From the IMG/VR virus record IMGVR_UViG_3300025502_001322, positions 64,001 through 128,000 of that record: a stretch of 64,000 nucleotides of DNA; one strand, 5' to 3'. Under the pieces are notes generated by a model that saw only the letters and a list, made by a program, of their open reading frames with translations, did no database searches and was not told the DNA's origin. Positions 17,001 to 27,422 of this stretch are shown piece after piece. Origin of the DNA: a virus. Its lineage: Duplodnaviria; Caudoviricetes. A program made the position numbers and the translations under genes. Numbering within the stretch: position 1 is the stretch's first letter; every line of letters starts with the position of its first letter.

Positions 17001-17279
17001 ATGTTAAAACATGGCATAATTAATCCGCTAAACGCACTGGATATCAGATGTGTGAGCTTTCGGCCGCCGCATTTTACCTGTACCACACTAGATGGACTAT
17101 GGTGCGACATACGAGACATAGAAGACTACATTTATCGAAACCTAGAAAGTCGCTATTGTATAACATCAGTTACTATAGGCAATCAGGAGCATGTGGAGAT
17201 AGGATTCGAAGACCACGCAGAAGCAAGTATATTTGGGCTAGTAATAAATCAAATAAACAGGCGTCCTGACTTGTTCTAG
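17001..17279 (+). CDS. Hypothetical phage protein
   Basis: ORF, probable start MLKHGIINPLN. Confidence 0.6.
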   Translation: MLKHGIINPLNALDIRCVSFRPPHFTCTTLDGLWCDIRDIEDYIYRNLESRYCITSVTIGNQEHVEIGFEDHAEASIFGLVINQINRRPDLF

Positions 17280-17344
17280 AAATTTTTATATAGTATAATA
17301 CTGCTTTAAATAAGTATACATTAATTTAATGGAGAGTTAAACAA

Positions 17345-17623
17345 ATGGCTAAGAAACGAGTCGAGCAACAACCAGAAAAGCAGAAGGCTGCGCCGACCCA
17401 ATCAGAAGGACTACAACTAACTGACTTGCAAGTTATGATGCAAATTATCGATGTAGTCACACAACGTGGCGCAATTAAGGCAGATGAAATGTCTGCGGTC
17501 GGGGCCGTGTATGCTAAACTTAAAGCATTCACAGGCTCGTCCACTCAGGCTGCACCTGCTGAAACAGGTACCAAAGAAGCACCTGCTGAAGTAAAAGATG
17601 ATTCTGGAAACGGAACAGACTAA
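17345..17623 (+). CDS. Hypothetical phage protein
   Basis: 92 aa ORF with GGAG RBS. Confidence 0.7.
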   Translation: MAKKRVEQQPEKQKAAPTQSEGLQLTDLQVMMQIIDVVTQRGAIKADEMSAVGAVYAKLKAFTGSSTQAAPAETGTKEAPAEVKDDSGNGTD

Positions 17624-17633
17624 GGAGATTATT

Positions 17634-18305
17634 ATGATTAAACATGTCGGTAGACACAATAATGAAAGAGTAGCAATACTTTACAAAACAGTACCAGGGG
17701 AGGACCACATGGCATTAGTTGCGTACAGTGGAAAACTTCCTGCATTAATACACGATGAGGTTATGAAAACTCTGGAAAGTGAAATGGGGCAACAGGCTAA
17801 GGAACTTGCAGATGCTTTATTTAGAACCATTATGGCAGATGGTCGTAATGCATTAACCGCAATGCATGAGGAAGGACTAATTAAAAAAGTCCCTACTAAT
17901 CAAGTTATCGTTACTCCCCGGGCAAATAGCCATGTAAGGTTAGACGAGCTTAATAGCATATTGAAAAAGATGGAAGCTGGCGAAGAAGCTATTCAAGAAA
18001 TGGCTAATATAGATTCGCAACGTGGTGTGCGTGATCCGGCGAAGAGGCTAGAGCCAAGAGAAGTTGGAGAGCCTGCTAATTCAAGAGCAACGCCAGTGCA
18101 AGTACAGGCACCACAAGACGGTGCATTAACAGATGTGGATATTGCAAGGGGTTATAGAGACCAAGCAACACGCATGCAAGTGGAAGCCAAAGCTATGGTA
18201 GCAGAGGCGGCAAGACTCACGAAAGAAGCACTTAAAATAGACCCTTTGACCAATGCCAAAAAAACTACAAAGAAAAAAACAACGGATCGTAAAGTTAAGT
18301 CCTAA
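17634..18305 (+). CDS. Hypothetical phage protein
   Basis: ORF starting MIKHVGRHN after an AAGGAG RBS. Confidence 0.7.
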   Translation: MIKHVGRHNNERVAILYKTVPGEDHMALVAYSGKLPALIHDEVMKTLESEMGQQAKELADALFRTIMADGRNALTAMHEEGLIKKVPTNQVIVTPRANSHVRLDELNSILKKMEAGEEAIQEMANIDSQRGVRDPAKRLEPREVGEPANSRATPVQVQAPQDGALTDVDIARGYRDQATRMQVEAKAMVAEAARLTKEALKIDPLTNAKKTTKKKTTDRKVKS

Positions 18306-18591
18306 TGGTGAACATAGTTGGAAGCGTATTCTAGAACAAATTGACAAAAAAGAAGTTCCTGTTGAAATATTAAAGTCTGTGGAGATTACCTTAAATGATG
18401 GTACCATAGTAGAACTTTCAATGAAGGAACTTACAAGTCAAGGCTTGAGTTATAAAGATATAGAATCTGCTCTCAACGACCGCATGGATAAAATGGGCGA
18501 CTTAATTAAAAATGTGGACTTCTTTGTGGACATTGAAAAAGTGGAAGCAGAAGTCCAACCAAATACTGACAAGCTGTTAAAAGGCTTATGA
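18253..18591 (+). CDS. Hypothetical phage protein
   Basis: 112 aa ORF; ATGA overlap with DHFR. Confidence 0.65.
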   Translation: MPKKLQRKKQRIVKLSPNGEHSWKRILEQIDKKEVPVEILKSVEITLNDGTIVELSMKELTSQGLSYKDIESALNDRMDKMGDLIKNVDFFVDIEKVEAEVQPNTDKLLKGL

Positions 18592-19112
18592 TTAAGGCTA
18601 TATTTGCAATAGACGCATTCGGCAACATGGGATTTAATAACAAGTTGCCTTGGCCTCCGTGTAAAGAAGACTTTGCTTGGTTTGCGAATAATACCAAGGA
18701 CAAAACAGTCATCATGGGTCGCAAAACGTGGGACAGTGTTGGCATGCCTACCCCGCTACCTGGTAGACGTAATATTGTTGTTTGCAAAAATAGATATTAT
18801 AAAGCCGCAGGTGCAGAAGTCTGGACCGACAACTGGCTGGAACGTCTAGAACGTTTGGGTCATAATGACCTCAATGATGTCTGGGTAATAGGCGGAGTTA
18901 GTCTATTAGAACAGGCTAGGCCTCTTATTAAACAGTTTTATGTCACTAGATTTAAAGGTGTCTACCGAGCAGATACTACGTTAAACACACGAACTTATTT
19001 TGAAGGCTTACAATGTCGCACAATAGTGCCCAGTAAGGAAAACAATCAAATAAATTTTGAGGTGTGGATTCCATGGTTAAGCCAGGCTACAGGGTGGGGA
19101 TCCAATGGTTGA
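18588..19112 (+). CDS. folA: Dihydrofolate reductase
   Basis: IFAID..G.MG...LPW...ED..WF...T...VIMGRKTWDS...PLPGRRNIV...VIGG. Confidence 0.95.
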   Translation: MIKAIFAIDAFGNMGFNNKLPWPPCKEDFAWFANNTKDKTVIMGRKTWDSVGMPTPLPGRRNIVVCKNRYYKAAGAEVWTDNWLERLERLGHNDLNDVWVIGGVSLLEQARPLIKQFYVTRFKGVYRADTTLNTRTYFEGLQCRTIVPSKENNQINFEVWIPWLSQATGWGSNG

Positions 19113-20016
19113 GTACCTAAGGAACTTAACGCATGTTTTATACAACGGTGATAAACGCACAGACAGAACAGGTGTAGGCACTCGGTCGATATTTGGTTTA
19201 CAAATGCGTTTTGATTTACGCAAAGAATTTCCTGCGGTAACTACTAAGCGGCTTGCCTGGCGTGGTGTTGTTTCAGAACTGCTATGGTTTCTAGAAGGTT
19301 CTGGAGATGAACGTAGACTAGCAGAGATACTGCATGGTACACGTGACACAGACAAGAAAACCATATGGAGTGCTAATGCTGATGCAGACTACTGGCAACC
19401 CAATGCAAAGTATGAAGGTGACCTAGGTAGAGTATACGGAGTGCAGTGGCGTAGTTTTAGAGGTGCCCGTGCTGAGAAATCTATTAGAACATTTAAAGGC
19501 ATAGAACACCATTCATATGATGACACAAACTTAGTAACATTTGAAGTAGATCAAATTACCGCATTATTAGAAGGTATTAAGTCTGATCCGAACAGTAGAC
19601 GTCACATCATTAGTGCATGGAATCCTGCAGACTTGCCTGCAATGGCACTACCTCCCTGTCATGTCATGAGTCAGTTCTACGTAAACAACGGTGAACTTAG
19701 TTGTCAGATGTATCAGCGTTCAGCAGATATGTTTTTGGGTGTACCATTTAACATTGCCAGTTACAGTTTGCTAACACACATGATAGCACATTGCTGTGAC
19801 TTAAAGGTAGGTGACTTTGTACACTCGATAGGCGATGCACACATTTACAATGACCACGTAGATCAAGTCATTGAACAACTTGGTAGAAAGCCACTACCAG
19901 GACCTAAATTAGTATTAGATTGTGAATCAAAAAACATCTTAGATATCAAAATGGAACATATTAACTTGCTGGACTATCAGAGTCATGCACCAATATCTGC
20001 TTCAATGGCTGTGTGA
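19105..20016 (+). CDS. thyA: Thymidylate synthase
   Basis: DRTGVGT, SELLWF, DLGRVYGVQWR, SRRHI, ALPPCH, YQRSADMFLGVPFNIASY, DAHIY. Confidence 0.97.
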   Translation: MVEYLRNLTHVLYNGDKRTDRTGVGTRSIFGLQMRFDLRKEFPAVTTKRLAWRGVVSELLWFLEGSGDERRLAEILHGTRDTDKKTIWSANADADYWQPNAKYEGDLGRVYGVQWRSFRGARAEKSIRTFKGIEHHSYDDTNLVTFEVDQITALLEGIKSDPNSRRHIISAWNPADLPAMALPPCHVMSQFYVNNGELSCQMYQRSADMFLGVPFNIASYSLLTHMIAHCCDLKVGDFVHSIGDAHIYNDHVDQVIEQLGRKPLPGPKLVLDCESKNILDIKMEHINLLDYQSHAPISASMAV

Positions 20017-20037
20017 TGTGATGGGATGTAGCAGTGT

Positions 20038-20307
20038 ATGTATCTAGTACACCAGTTTGTTATAGACGCCAGTGCGCATTCACTAGTCTCTCACTCTCCG
20101 CATGAACTTGATTTTGAAAGATATGCAGGTTGGGAATTTGTTAGATGGTTGGATGCTACAGAAGATGGAAAGTTATATAAACGACACATTAATTTACCTG
20201 TATCACTAGAACTAATATACAACAACGATAGCGTAGGTGTAAAAGTATATGCACCGTTGACCCAAGAACAAGCAGTATTTTTTGAACTTATAAAAACAAA
20301 TGACTAG
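20038..20307 (+). CDS. Hypothetical protein
   Basis: 89 aa ORF. Confidence 0.5.
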   Translation: MYLVHQFVIDASAHSLVSHSPHELDFERYAGWEFVRWLDATEDGKLYKRHINLPVSLELIYNNDSVGVKVYAPLTQEQAVFFELIKTND

Positions 20308-21310
20308 ACATACCGATCTCCCAGTATTAGTAGTTGGCGGCAATGGTTTCATTGGCAGTCGCATTACACAGAACTTGGTAGCAAGTTTAAAATGGAATCC
20401 TATTGTAGTGGACAATCAGGAAGACTATGGTATACTAGACCGAACCCAACTCAGTAAGCTACACCGACTTAGGCGATGCACAAGACTGCTAGAGAACTCC
20501 AGTTACGATGTACACAATATCAGTATCATGGAGTTTAACAAGATGGAAACTATGTTTAAAAAGTGTCAACCACATAGTGTTATCCATCTTGCCAGTTACC
20601 CAAGACAAAAAGTAGTTAACGCCAATCCTTTAAAGGCAACAGGCGTGATGTGTGATGCACTGGTTAACATGCTAGAGCTTGCAGTAAAGTACCAGGTAAA
20701 ACATTTTATGTACTTTAGTTCAAGTATGGTATATGGTGATTTTAATGACAGAGTTAACGAGAATGCCGTGTGTGCCCCAAAAGGTCAGTATGCCATTATG
20801 AAACACATGGGCGAGCAACTAGTACGTGACTACCATATCAGGCATGGGTTACAATACACAATTATCAGACCCAGTGCTGTATACGGACCTTTAGATGTAG
20901 AAGATCGTGTTGTTAGTAAAATGTTATTAAATGCATTGCGTGGTAAAGAAATACAGGTAAACGGTCCTAATGAAATATTAGACTTTACATACGTAGACGA
21001 CATAGGCAAACAGATTCCCATAGTGCTAAATGCACCCTACACCAACAACGGTATTAATCAAACATATAATTTAACTGCCAGTGAAATTGATGCACGTACA
21101 CTGTTAGACTGTGCAAAAATAATTAAGAAAATCGTACCTGGAACACAAATTGTGATTAACGAGCGAGATCAAAGTTTTCCCCAACGTGGCAGATTAAACA
21201 ACAACAAGATTAATATGTACTTTGAGAACGTTAAAAGAACACCACTAACCACAGGACTAGTGGCATATCATTCCTGGCTTGTCAAGAACTTTGAACTATT
21301 CAATAACTAA
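20300..21310 (+). CDS. NAD-dependent nucleotide-sugar epimerase/dehydratase (extended SDR)
   Basis: GGNGFIG, VIHLA, SSSMVYG, YAIMK (YxxxK), RPSAVYGP, DFTYVDD. Confidence 0.9.
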   Translation: MTRHTDLPVLVVGGNGFIGSRITQNLVASLKWNPIVVDNQEDYGILDRTQLSKLHRLRRCTRLLENSSYDVHNISIMEFNKMETMFKKCQPHSVIHLASYPRQKVVNANPLKATGVMCDALVNMLELAVKYQVKHFMYFSSSMVYGDFNDRVNENAVCAPKGQYAIMKHMGEQLVRDYHIRHGLQYTIIRPSAVYGPLDVEDRVVSKMLLNALRGKEIQVNGPNEILDFTYVDDIGKQIPIVLNAPYTNNGINQTYNLTASEIDARTLLDCAKIIKKIVPGTQIVINERDQSFPQRGRLNNNKINMYFENVKRTPLTTGLVAYHSWLVKNFELFNN

Positions 21311-21322
21311 AATAATACCGCA

Positions 21323-22402
21323 ATGATTCCGTTTACAGACTTATACGCACAGTACCAAGAAGCAAAAACAGAAATAGACCAAGCCTATCACAGAGTAATG
21401 ACTACGTCTAGTTATATTACTGGTCCAATTGTAGATGAATTTGAGACTGCATTTGCTGAGTACGTAGGAGCAGAAGCATGTGCCAGCACAGGTAGTGGTA
21501 CAACTGCCTTACTTTGTGCATTACTAGCATGTGGAATACGAGACGGAGAAGTAATTACGACTCCGTTAACTTTTGTTAGCACTAGTGAATCAATATTATG
21601 GACAGGTGCTAAACCAAAGTTTGTAGACATCGACAACAACTATCAAATAGACGTTGACAAAATAGAAGCAAAGATTACAAGTCATACTCGTGCTATACTG
21701 TACGTCAGCCTTTATGGTCAGACACCTGATGTAGATAGACTACGTGAGATTGCAGACCGATATAACTTATATCTGATTGAAGATGCCGCCCACAGTATTG
21801 GCAGTAGTTATAAGGGCAAGCCTGTTGGCTCACTTGCTGACTTAACTTGTTTTAGTTTTAACCCTGTTAAGAACTTGGGTGCCGCAGGTGATGCAGGCTG
21901 TATTACAGGCAGAGCTGACTTAATTAAACGAGCACGTATGTATAGAGACCATGGTCGCCAAAACAAATGGGATTATGAACTACAAGGTATCAATGCTAGG
22001 ATAGACAATTTCCAAGCTCTTGTAGTATTGGCTAAGTTAAAATATTTAGACTCTTGGTTAACTAAAAAACGTGAAATATGCAACAGATACACCCAAGAAC
22101 TTAAGGATTATTGCCCTACACCTACTGAATTTGCAGACAGTTACCACACATACTATGTTTATGTAATACAAGTACCTGAAAGAGATGCATTTGTCAAATA
22201 CATGCAGGACAACGGTGTTAGTGTTAACGTACACTACCGTGGACCACTGCATAAGCAACCAGTATTTTTATCATACGATGTTTGTCCAAACACAGATAGA
22301 ATTGTGGAAAGTATTGTAAGTTTGCCTTGCTATCACACTCTAACAATAGAACAACAAGACACAATTACAGGATTAACAAAAGCATGGTTAAAGTCGCACT
22401 AG
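21323..22402 (+). CDS. DegT/DnrJ/EryC1/StrS-family sugar aminotransferase
   Basis: SGTTAL, TFVST, IEDAAHSIG, SFNPVKNLGAAGDAG (PLP Lys), NARID, SLP. Confidence 0.93.
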   Translation: MIPFTDLYAQYQEAKTEIDQAYHRVMTTSSYITGPIVDEFETAFAEYVGAEACASTGSGTTALLCALLACGIRDGEVITTPLTFVSTSESILWTGAKPKFVDIDNNYQIDVDKIEAKITSHTRAILYVSLYGQTPDVDRLREIADRYNLYLIEDAAHSIGSSYKGKPVGSLADLTCFSFNPVKNLGAAGDAGCITGRADLIKRARMYRDHGRQNKWDYELQGINARIDNFQALVVLAKLKYLDSWLTKKREICNRYTQELKDYCPTPTEFADSYHTYYVYVIQVPERDAFVKYMQDNGVSVNVHYRGPLHKQPVFLSYDVCPNTDRIVESIVSLPCYHTLTIEQQDTITGLTKAWLKSH

Positions 22403-23268
22403 TAGGAGCAGGCTACTGGGGTAGCAAAATACAGGCTAGCCTAAGTAACAACAAGTCTGTTACAGACACAGTAATTATAGATATTCGGAATGGCGACTCA
22501 CTGGATGACATTCCCATTGAGTACAAGTGTGCTATTGTGGCAACTCCACTTTGGGATCATTTTGATACAGCACGAGAATTATTACAACGTGGCTTTGATT
22601 GCTACATTGAAAAGCCACTTGCAGAAACTAAAGAACATTGTGAACAATTGCGTGACATGTTGGATGATCAGATTCTAATGGTAGGACATATCTTTTTATA
22701 CCATCCAGGATTAGACATTGTCAAACAAAATCTAAATCAGATAGGCAAAGTAAAACACATCACTAGCCAACGTTTAAACTGGGGTATATACCAAACTAAG
22801 ACAACACCATTGCTAAGTTTGCTACCACACGATGTCAGTATTGTGCAAGACATATTAGGCATTGATCACAAACTGCTGAATGTCGTACATAACAGTTTTA
22901 ACAATGACCAACAGCCAGACTATGTAAGTTTTAATTTGCAGTTTGGGGACGTCACATGCAACGTTACAGGCAGTTGGTATTGGCCAGAGCGTGTGCGTAA
23001 GTTAACAGTTATCGGAACTCAGGGACATATTGTCTGGGACGACGTCATAAACATGGTCAGTATCTATCAGGGCACTGTGGAAGATAAAAAACTTACTGAG
23101 TTAACAGTGTTAGATTGTTTAACACCTGACATGTCTGTGACACCATTAGAAAGAGAAATCGATCACTTTATAGATTGTGTTGTTACTAGAAACACACCAC
23201 GTAGCGATGTTAACAATGCTATAGAGGTTGCCAGTTTGCTTGACGAAGTTGCAACTTACCTAGGCTAG
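22384..23268 (+). CDS. Gfo/Idh/MocA-family NAD-dependent oxidoreductase
   Basis: VALVGAGYWG, ATP...H, IEKPLA, MVGH, HDVS. Confidence 0.9.
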   Translation: MVKVALVGAGYWGSKIQASLSNNKSVTDTVIIDIRNGDSLDDIPIEYKCAIVATPLWDHFDTARELLQRGFDCYIEKPLAETKEHCEQLRDMLDDQILMVGHIFLYHPGLDIVKQNLNQIGKVKHITSQRLNWGIYQTKTTPLLSLLPHDVSIVQDILGIDHKLLNVVHNSFNNDQQPDYVSFNLQFGDVTCNVTGSWYWPERVRKLTVIGTQGHIVWDDVINMVSIYQGTVEDKKLTELTVLDCLTPDMSVTPLEREIDHFIDCVVTRNTPRSDVNNAIEVASLLDEVATYLG

Positions 23269-25267
23269 GATCATCCACACTATCATACAAACCTGCAAAG
23301 TGTTCACGCAACCAGGTCCACAAAAAGGCTTGTTGTAATGCATCACTGTCGTCTGCATTAGCACGATAAAATTCTACACCGTCTCTCGCACCACGTGTGC
23401 ACCACTCTGCATAATCACCGTTAGCACTTTTAGTCCAGGTACGTAGTCTATATTCAGTTTCTACATCTTGCGTTTGTGAATTAAACTGTGCAAGTTTTGC
23501 GCCTTCTCTAAATGCAGTACGCCAAGTTTGGTATGGGTTTGTGTTGAATCTAGCAACCGCACTAACCAGTGGAACAACCTCATGTCGAAAACTCAGTGTG
23601 TAGTCTACGCCAAACTGTTTTGCAGATTTTACCATATCGCAATTATACATAACAATACCCATGTGACCATAGCATAGTCCGTTCATGGGATTTTCAGCGT
23701 GGAAGATATAGTGCTTGGGTTGTTGTAAGTAATCCGGAACAACATCAAATTTAAAGTCTGGGTGTAGTTCTGTTTTAGCAAACACCATATAACACCAGGG
23801 AGTTCTACTGATCTCAGCCGCCTGTCGCAGAGCATTTTCCATACCATCAACACCGTGCAGTCTCTGACTAGATGGGAACCGTCCATGTAGTTTGTTCCAG
23901 TTTTCATCAGCATTCGTTTCGTCATAACTTATAAACACAATATCCTGTTTAGATTCCGATAGTGTCTTGTGCTTAGTTATATAAGGGTAGTCGTATACTT
24001 GCTCACTGACGTGTTGTCGCACTTCTCTAGGGACCTGAGCAACCGAGTTACTCTGTGTAAACGTATGCACGTCACGGTCTTTGACGGCCCAGAGCTTGGG
24101 TGTGTGGGATATAGAGCACTCATATGGTGCAAATAGTACGTAGGGATCCGTAAATTGGTTATGATTTACAGCATCTACTAGTGTATCCTGGTTGTATACA
24201 ACTGTAGGCATACTCTCTCTGGGCACGACAACGTCTTCAACATAGTGTACAGTGTCATACCAGTCTAGTAGTTTAATCCTGTCAGATTGTTCTCTGAAAG
24301 ACTCTACATTTACCAGGAAGGTATCACCAAACGTTTGCTCATTACTGGCAAATGCATGCAACATTGTGCTTTGCCAGGTCTCTGGATGCCAGTTAAAATC
24401 AAAATTACTGTAGTCACATAGTGTAGTTACTACCCAGATATATTCTGTAGTAGCCGTGGCACAAATTCGCTTGATTATGTCTAAGTAAGACCCTACAAAT
24501 CGTGTTTTTTTAACCACCAAACCTCTGTTTTTTAGTGTGTCTAACTTTGCTGTAGTGCTATCAGTCATAAAGTCTATTAGATATACTTCAGTGTCTGCTC
24601 TACGTTTAACCTTGCGAGTCATACTAGTATACTTCTTGACTGTGGCACCAGGCACTGTGTACAACAAGCCACTGGTCTTCTGATGCTCAGTAGCAAACTC
24701 ATATATAAATGCTGATTGCGTGGGATCTGGGTGCCAGCTAAAGTCTACATCCTCAATGTCTTTAGGCACAGTCCAGTTTGTCTTATCTGATAGTGCTGTT
24801 ACAACAACGTCGCTTGTAAACTTATTAGGACCCGTACCATAAGTTACTCCACTTGCCCGTTGATGCTGGCTGGGAAAGTGGTATGTAAATTCGGTTTCTA
24901 ATGGATCTGGGTGCCATGTTGTGGCAACCGTTTCAAGGTCTATGTTTTTAGGAAATGTAAACAAGTGCGGATGCTGTAAACGTTCGCACTGTTGATCGAC
25001 GTTGTAGAAATGATCAGCGTTGACATTGCCTTTCTTTACAAGAAAAGTATACCCGTGTTTTTGCCATTGATCACCAAAAACATGTGTAAAGTTTTGCTCC
25101 CAGTTATTAGGACGATAATAGAAGTTAAATTTACGGTAATTGTTACCACCATAAATATACCAGTAGCATGATGTTTTACTTAACTGATCGGCAACCTCCA
25201 ATGACTCCGCAAATTTCTCGTGCGGAAACAAACCGGGCTTAGGTCCAAAATAGAATATATCGTACAT
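23219..25267 (-). CDS. Multi-domain glycosyltransferase-A-like protein with internal WHPDP repeats
   Basis: The C-terminal domain IVFISYDE...RLHGVDG...YGHMG...TWRTAFREGAKL parallels 43254-44177 but lacks its DGD; several upstream degenerate repeats. Confidence 0.6.
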   Translation of the reverse strand: MYDIFYFGPKPGLFPHEKFAESLEVADQLSKTSCYWYIYGGNNYRKFNFYYRPNNWEQNFTHVFGDQWQKHGYTFLVKKGNVNADHFYNVDQQCERLQHPHLFTFPKNIDLETVATTWHPDPLETEFTYHFPSQHQRASGVTYGTGPNKFTSDVVVTALSDKTNWTVPKDIEDVDFSWHPDPTQSAFIYEFATEHQKTSGLLYTVPGATVKKYTSMTRKVKRRADTEVYLIDFMTDSTTAKLDTLKNRGLVVKKTRFVGSYLDIIKRICATATTEYIWVVTTLCDYSNFDFNWHPETWQSTMLHAFASNEQTFGDTFLVNVESFREQSDRIKLLDWYDTVHYVEDVVVPRESMPTVVYNQDTLVDAVNHNQFTDPYVLFAPYECSISHTPKLWAVKDRDVHTFTQSNSVAQVPREVRQHVSEQVYDYPYITKHKTLSESKQDIVFISYDETNADENWNKLHGRFPSSQRLHGVDGMENALRQAAEISRTPWCYMVFAKTELHPDFKFDVVPDYLQQPKHYIFHAENPMNGLCYGHMGIVMYNCDMVKSAKQFGVDYTLSFRHEVVPLVSAVARFNTNPYQTWRTAFREGAKLAQFNSQTQDVETEYRLRTWTKSANGDYAEWCTRGARDGVEFYRANADDSDALQQAFLWTWLREHFAGLYDSVDDPSLGKLQLRQANWQPL

Positions 25268-26405
25268 GTATAACCTTAATAATCACTATGATAGCATATG
25301 GCAACTAACATTGCAACGTTTTAATAACCCACGAATTAATTACTTTATGCCTTTTGGTGCAACTGGGATAGAAGATATTGAGCAACGGTTTGTGAGCATA
25401 GGTGGAGTTGATTGTAGTATCTTTGCGTATGACCAAGAGCCTTTACTAAAGTTATTTAATCCCAGCGTATTCTTTAAAATACAAAGTGACAGTCACGCAG
25501 ACGGGCTAAAGTGGACTATACTACTGAACACAGAATTACATAGTGATCCCAAAGACGATATTCTAAAAAGATTTAGAATGATAGACTGTTATTATTTCCA
25601 CCACGCTCTTGCGGCGGCAGACTGGTACCGAGGAGGCAATTACTGGCATGAGATTAAACCGGTGGCTAGTAGAGTTATTAAAAATAAATTTATTACATTT
25701 AACAGACTAACCAGTAATGACAGGGTGTATAGATCTCTGTTAATTAACGAGTTATATAAACATGACATTCTCAGAGAAGGATTAGTAAGTTACAGTAAGC
25801 AATGCCCAATGGGAGGAGACTATAAAGTAGAAATAATGCATAGCAAACATATCCCAGACGGTTTAAAACTAGAGGCACTGTTTAATATAGGAAAAATAAA
25901 AGACGAGTTAAGGATAGATATACAGGGAGAAATTCCTAATCAAAGTTTTAATATTAGTTGTATTCCAGAATGCATGGAAACATTTTTATATGTTGTTACT
26001 GAAACTTGTTACTGGGGTCGTAAAAAACACCTAACTGAAAAAATATTTAAACCTATAGTCACAATGAACCCGTTCCTACTAGTCGGACCTGCTCATAACC
26101 TTGCATACCTTAAGAGTTATGGGTTTAAGAGTTTTGATAAGTGGATAGATGAATCTTATGATTTAATAGAAGACGATATTAAGCGTATGGAAGCTATAGG
26201 CAACGAACTAAAGCGTATAGCAAGTCTGGATTTTTACCAACTTAAACTAATCTACTATGATATGCAGGCAGTCTTAGAGCATAACAGAGACTGGTTCTAC
26301 AGTCAGGACTTTATTAAGTCAGTACACACCGAACTTATAGATAATTTTACTCAGGCATGTGACGAACTTCAACATCGCACTGCTTTAAAAAATCAACACC
26401 CTTAG
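25266..26405 (+). CDS. Putative glycosyltransferase (GT10-like ET..TEK motif)
   Basis: YVVTETCYWGRKKHLTEKIFKPIV...GFKSF...DESYD; the family call is by-eye inference. Confidence 0.5.
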   Translation: MYNLNNHYDSIWQLTLQRFNNPRINYFMPFGATGIEDIEQRFVSIGGVDCSIFAYDQEPLLKLFNPSVFFKIQSDSHADGLKWTILLNTELHSDPKDDILKRFRMIDCYYFHHALAAADWYRGGNYWHEIKPVASRVIKNKFITFNRLTSNDRVYRSLLINELYKHDILREGLVSYSKQCPMGGDYKVEIMHSKHIPDGLKLEALFNIGKIKDELRIDIQGEIPNQSFNISCIPECMETFLYVVTETCYWGRKKHLTEKIFKPIVTMNPFLLVGPAHNLAYLKSYGFKSFDKWIDESYDLIEDDIKRMEAIGNELKRIASLDFYQLKLIYYDMQAVLEHNRDWFYSQDFIKSVHTELIDNFTQACDELQHRTALKNQHP

Positions 26406-26841
26406 TGTCTCGATATTCCGTTGCATAGTATACTTCTTTTATACCAGCCTGGTATATACCTTTTGCACAATCTAAACAAGGACTGTGCGTGATAAACATT
26501 GTGGCACCTTCACCGCCTCCGTTAGATTTTGCTAACTTCAATAGCGAGTTCATTTCAGCATGAAGTACTTCGGGTTTACTTTTTAACTTAGAATATTTGC
26601 CATAAGCAAATGTCCAACCTGATTCTGTTAATGCAGTATAATCGTGCCATGGATTGTCTTCCATTTCCTCAATGGTGTTTTCGCAATTGTTATCCCAACC
26701 GCTCGGCATTCCATTGTAGCCACATCCTATTATCATGTTGTCTTTTACGACAATAGCGCCTACTTGTAGTCTACGTGCTGTACTACACTCCGCAAATGCA
26801 TGCGCAGTTTTCATATAGGCTTTTGTATGTTTTTCTTTCAT
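26347..26841 (-). CDS. dCMP deaminase
   Basis: VGAIVVKD, GYNG, LHAEMN, SPCLDCAK zinc motifs. Confidence 0.93.
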   Translation of the reverse strand: MKEKHTKAYMKTAHAFAECSTARRLQVGAIVVKDNMIIGCGYNGMPSGWDNNCENTIEEMEDNPWHDYTALTESGWTFAYGKYSKLKSKPEVLHAEMNSLLKLAKSNGGGEGATMFITHSPCLDCAKGIYQAGIKEVYYATEYRDTKGVDFLKQCDVEVRHMPE

Positions 26842-27422
26842 TATAAGTGTTCTTTGTCTATGTAGTTGTGCCAAAATATTAAACTGTACCTAACACTGTT
26901 AGGTACAACATCAAACTCTCTGCTGTGCATGGTTTTTTGACAGTCTTGCATTACCCAACCGTAGTTGTTTCTATAAGGCAAGGTAAACAACAACTCTTTA
27001 TTGTTGTTCAACATACTTGTACCATTTGTTTTATGCAACTCTCTAGTTAGGAATATTTGCCCTTGTGCTTGGCCGGCGTTTTCTTGGTGTGCAAGCAATG
27101 GACCAAACCCGGGGTAGTCAGCCCAAAGATTGCACTGCACGAATTCCATTTTTAGAGGACCTTTTCCCTGTTCTTGTAGGTAAACTTGCATGGGCTGTAA
27201 GAACCGCGGATCACGTAGTATTGACTCTAGTTTTTTAAAAGTGTCAGTGTTGCCTTTGTGTATTTTACGAAGATCAGTCCACTCAGCATACTGCCAATCT
27301 TGGGCATGTGTTTCTGAAGTTTCGCACATGGTCAACAACTCTTCTATTAGATCATCTGGGAAAAAGTTATCCACCAACAGTACCTGCAACTTGTCAGGAT
27401 ACATAAATGTGTTAACTATCAA
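26841..27422 (-). CDS. 2OG-Fe(II) oxygenase-like protein
   Basis: DNFFP start, HQE (HxD/E) motif, NYG, distal H and R (MHS...RYSL). Confidence 0.6.
   Translation of the reverse strand: MIVNTFMYPDKLQVLLVDNFFPDDLIEELLTMCETSETHAQDWQYAEWTDLRKIHKGNTDTFKKLESILRDPRFLQPMQVYLQEQGKGPLKMEFVQCNLWADYPGFGPLLAHQENAGQAQGQIFLTRELHKTNGTSMLNNNKELLFTLPYRNNYGWVMQDCQKTMHSREFDVVPNSVRYSLIFWHNYIDKEHL

Noticed and set aside
19105-20016. ThyA as a dCMP/dUMP hydroxymethylase for DNA hypermodification
   Set aside because: It keeps the dUMP-specifying Asn (GVPFNIASY) and all canonical motifs, and is paired with DHFR, so it looks like an ordinary thymidylate synthase
26347-26841. Deaminase as a TadA-like enzyme editing the A34 tRNA-Ser
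   Set aside because: Sequence pattern (VGAIVVKD..I.G.GYNG, HAEMN, SPCLDCAK) fits dCMP deaminase/ComEB; no evidence of tRNA activity
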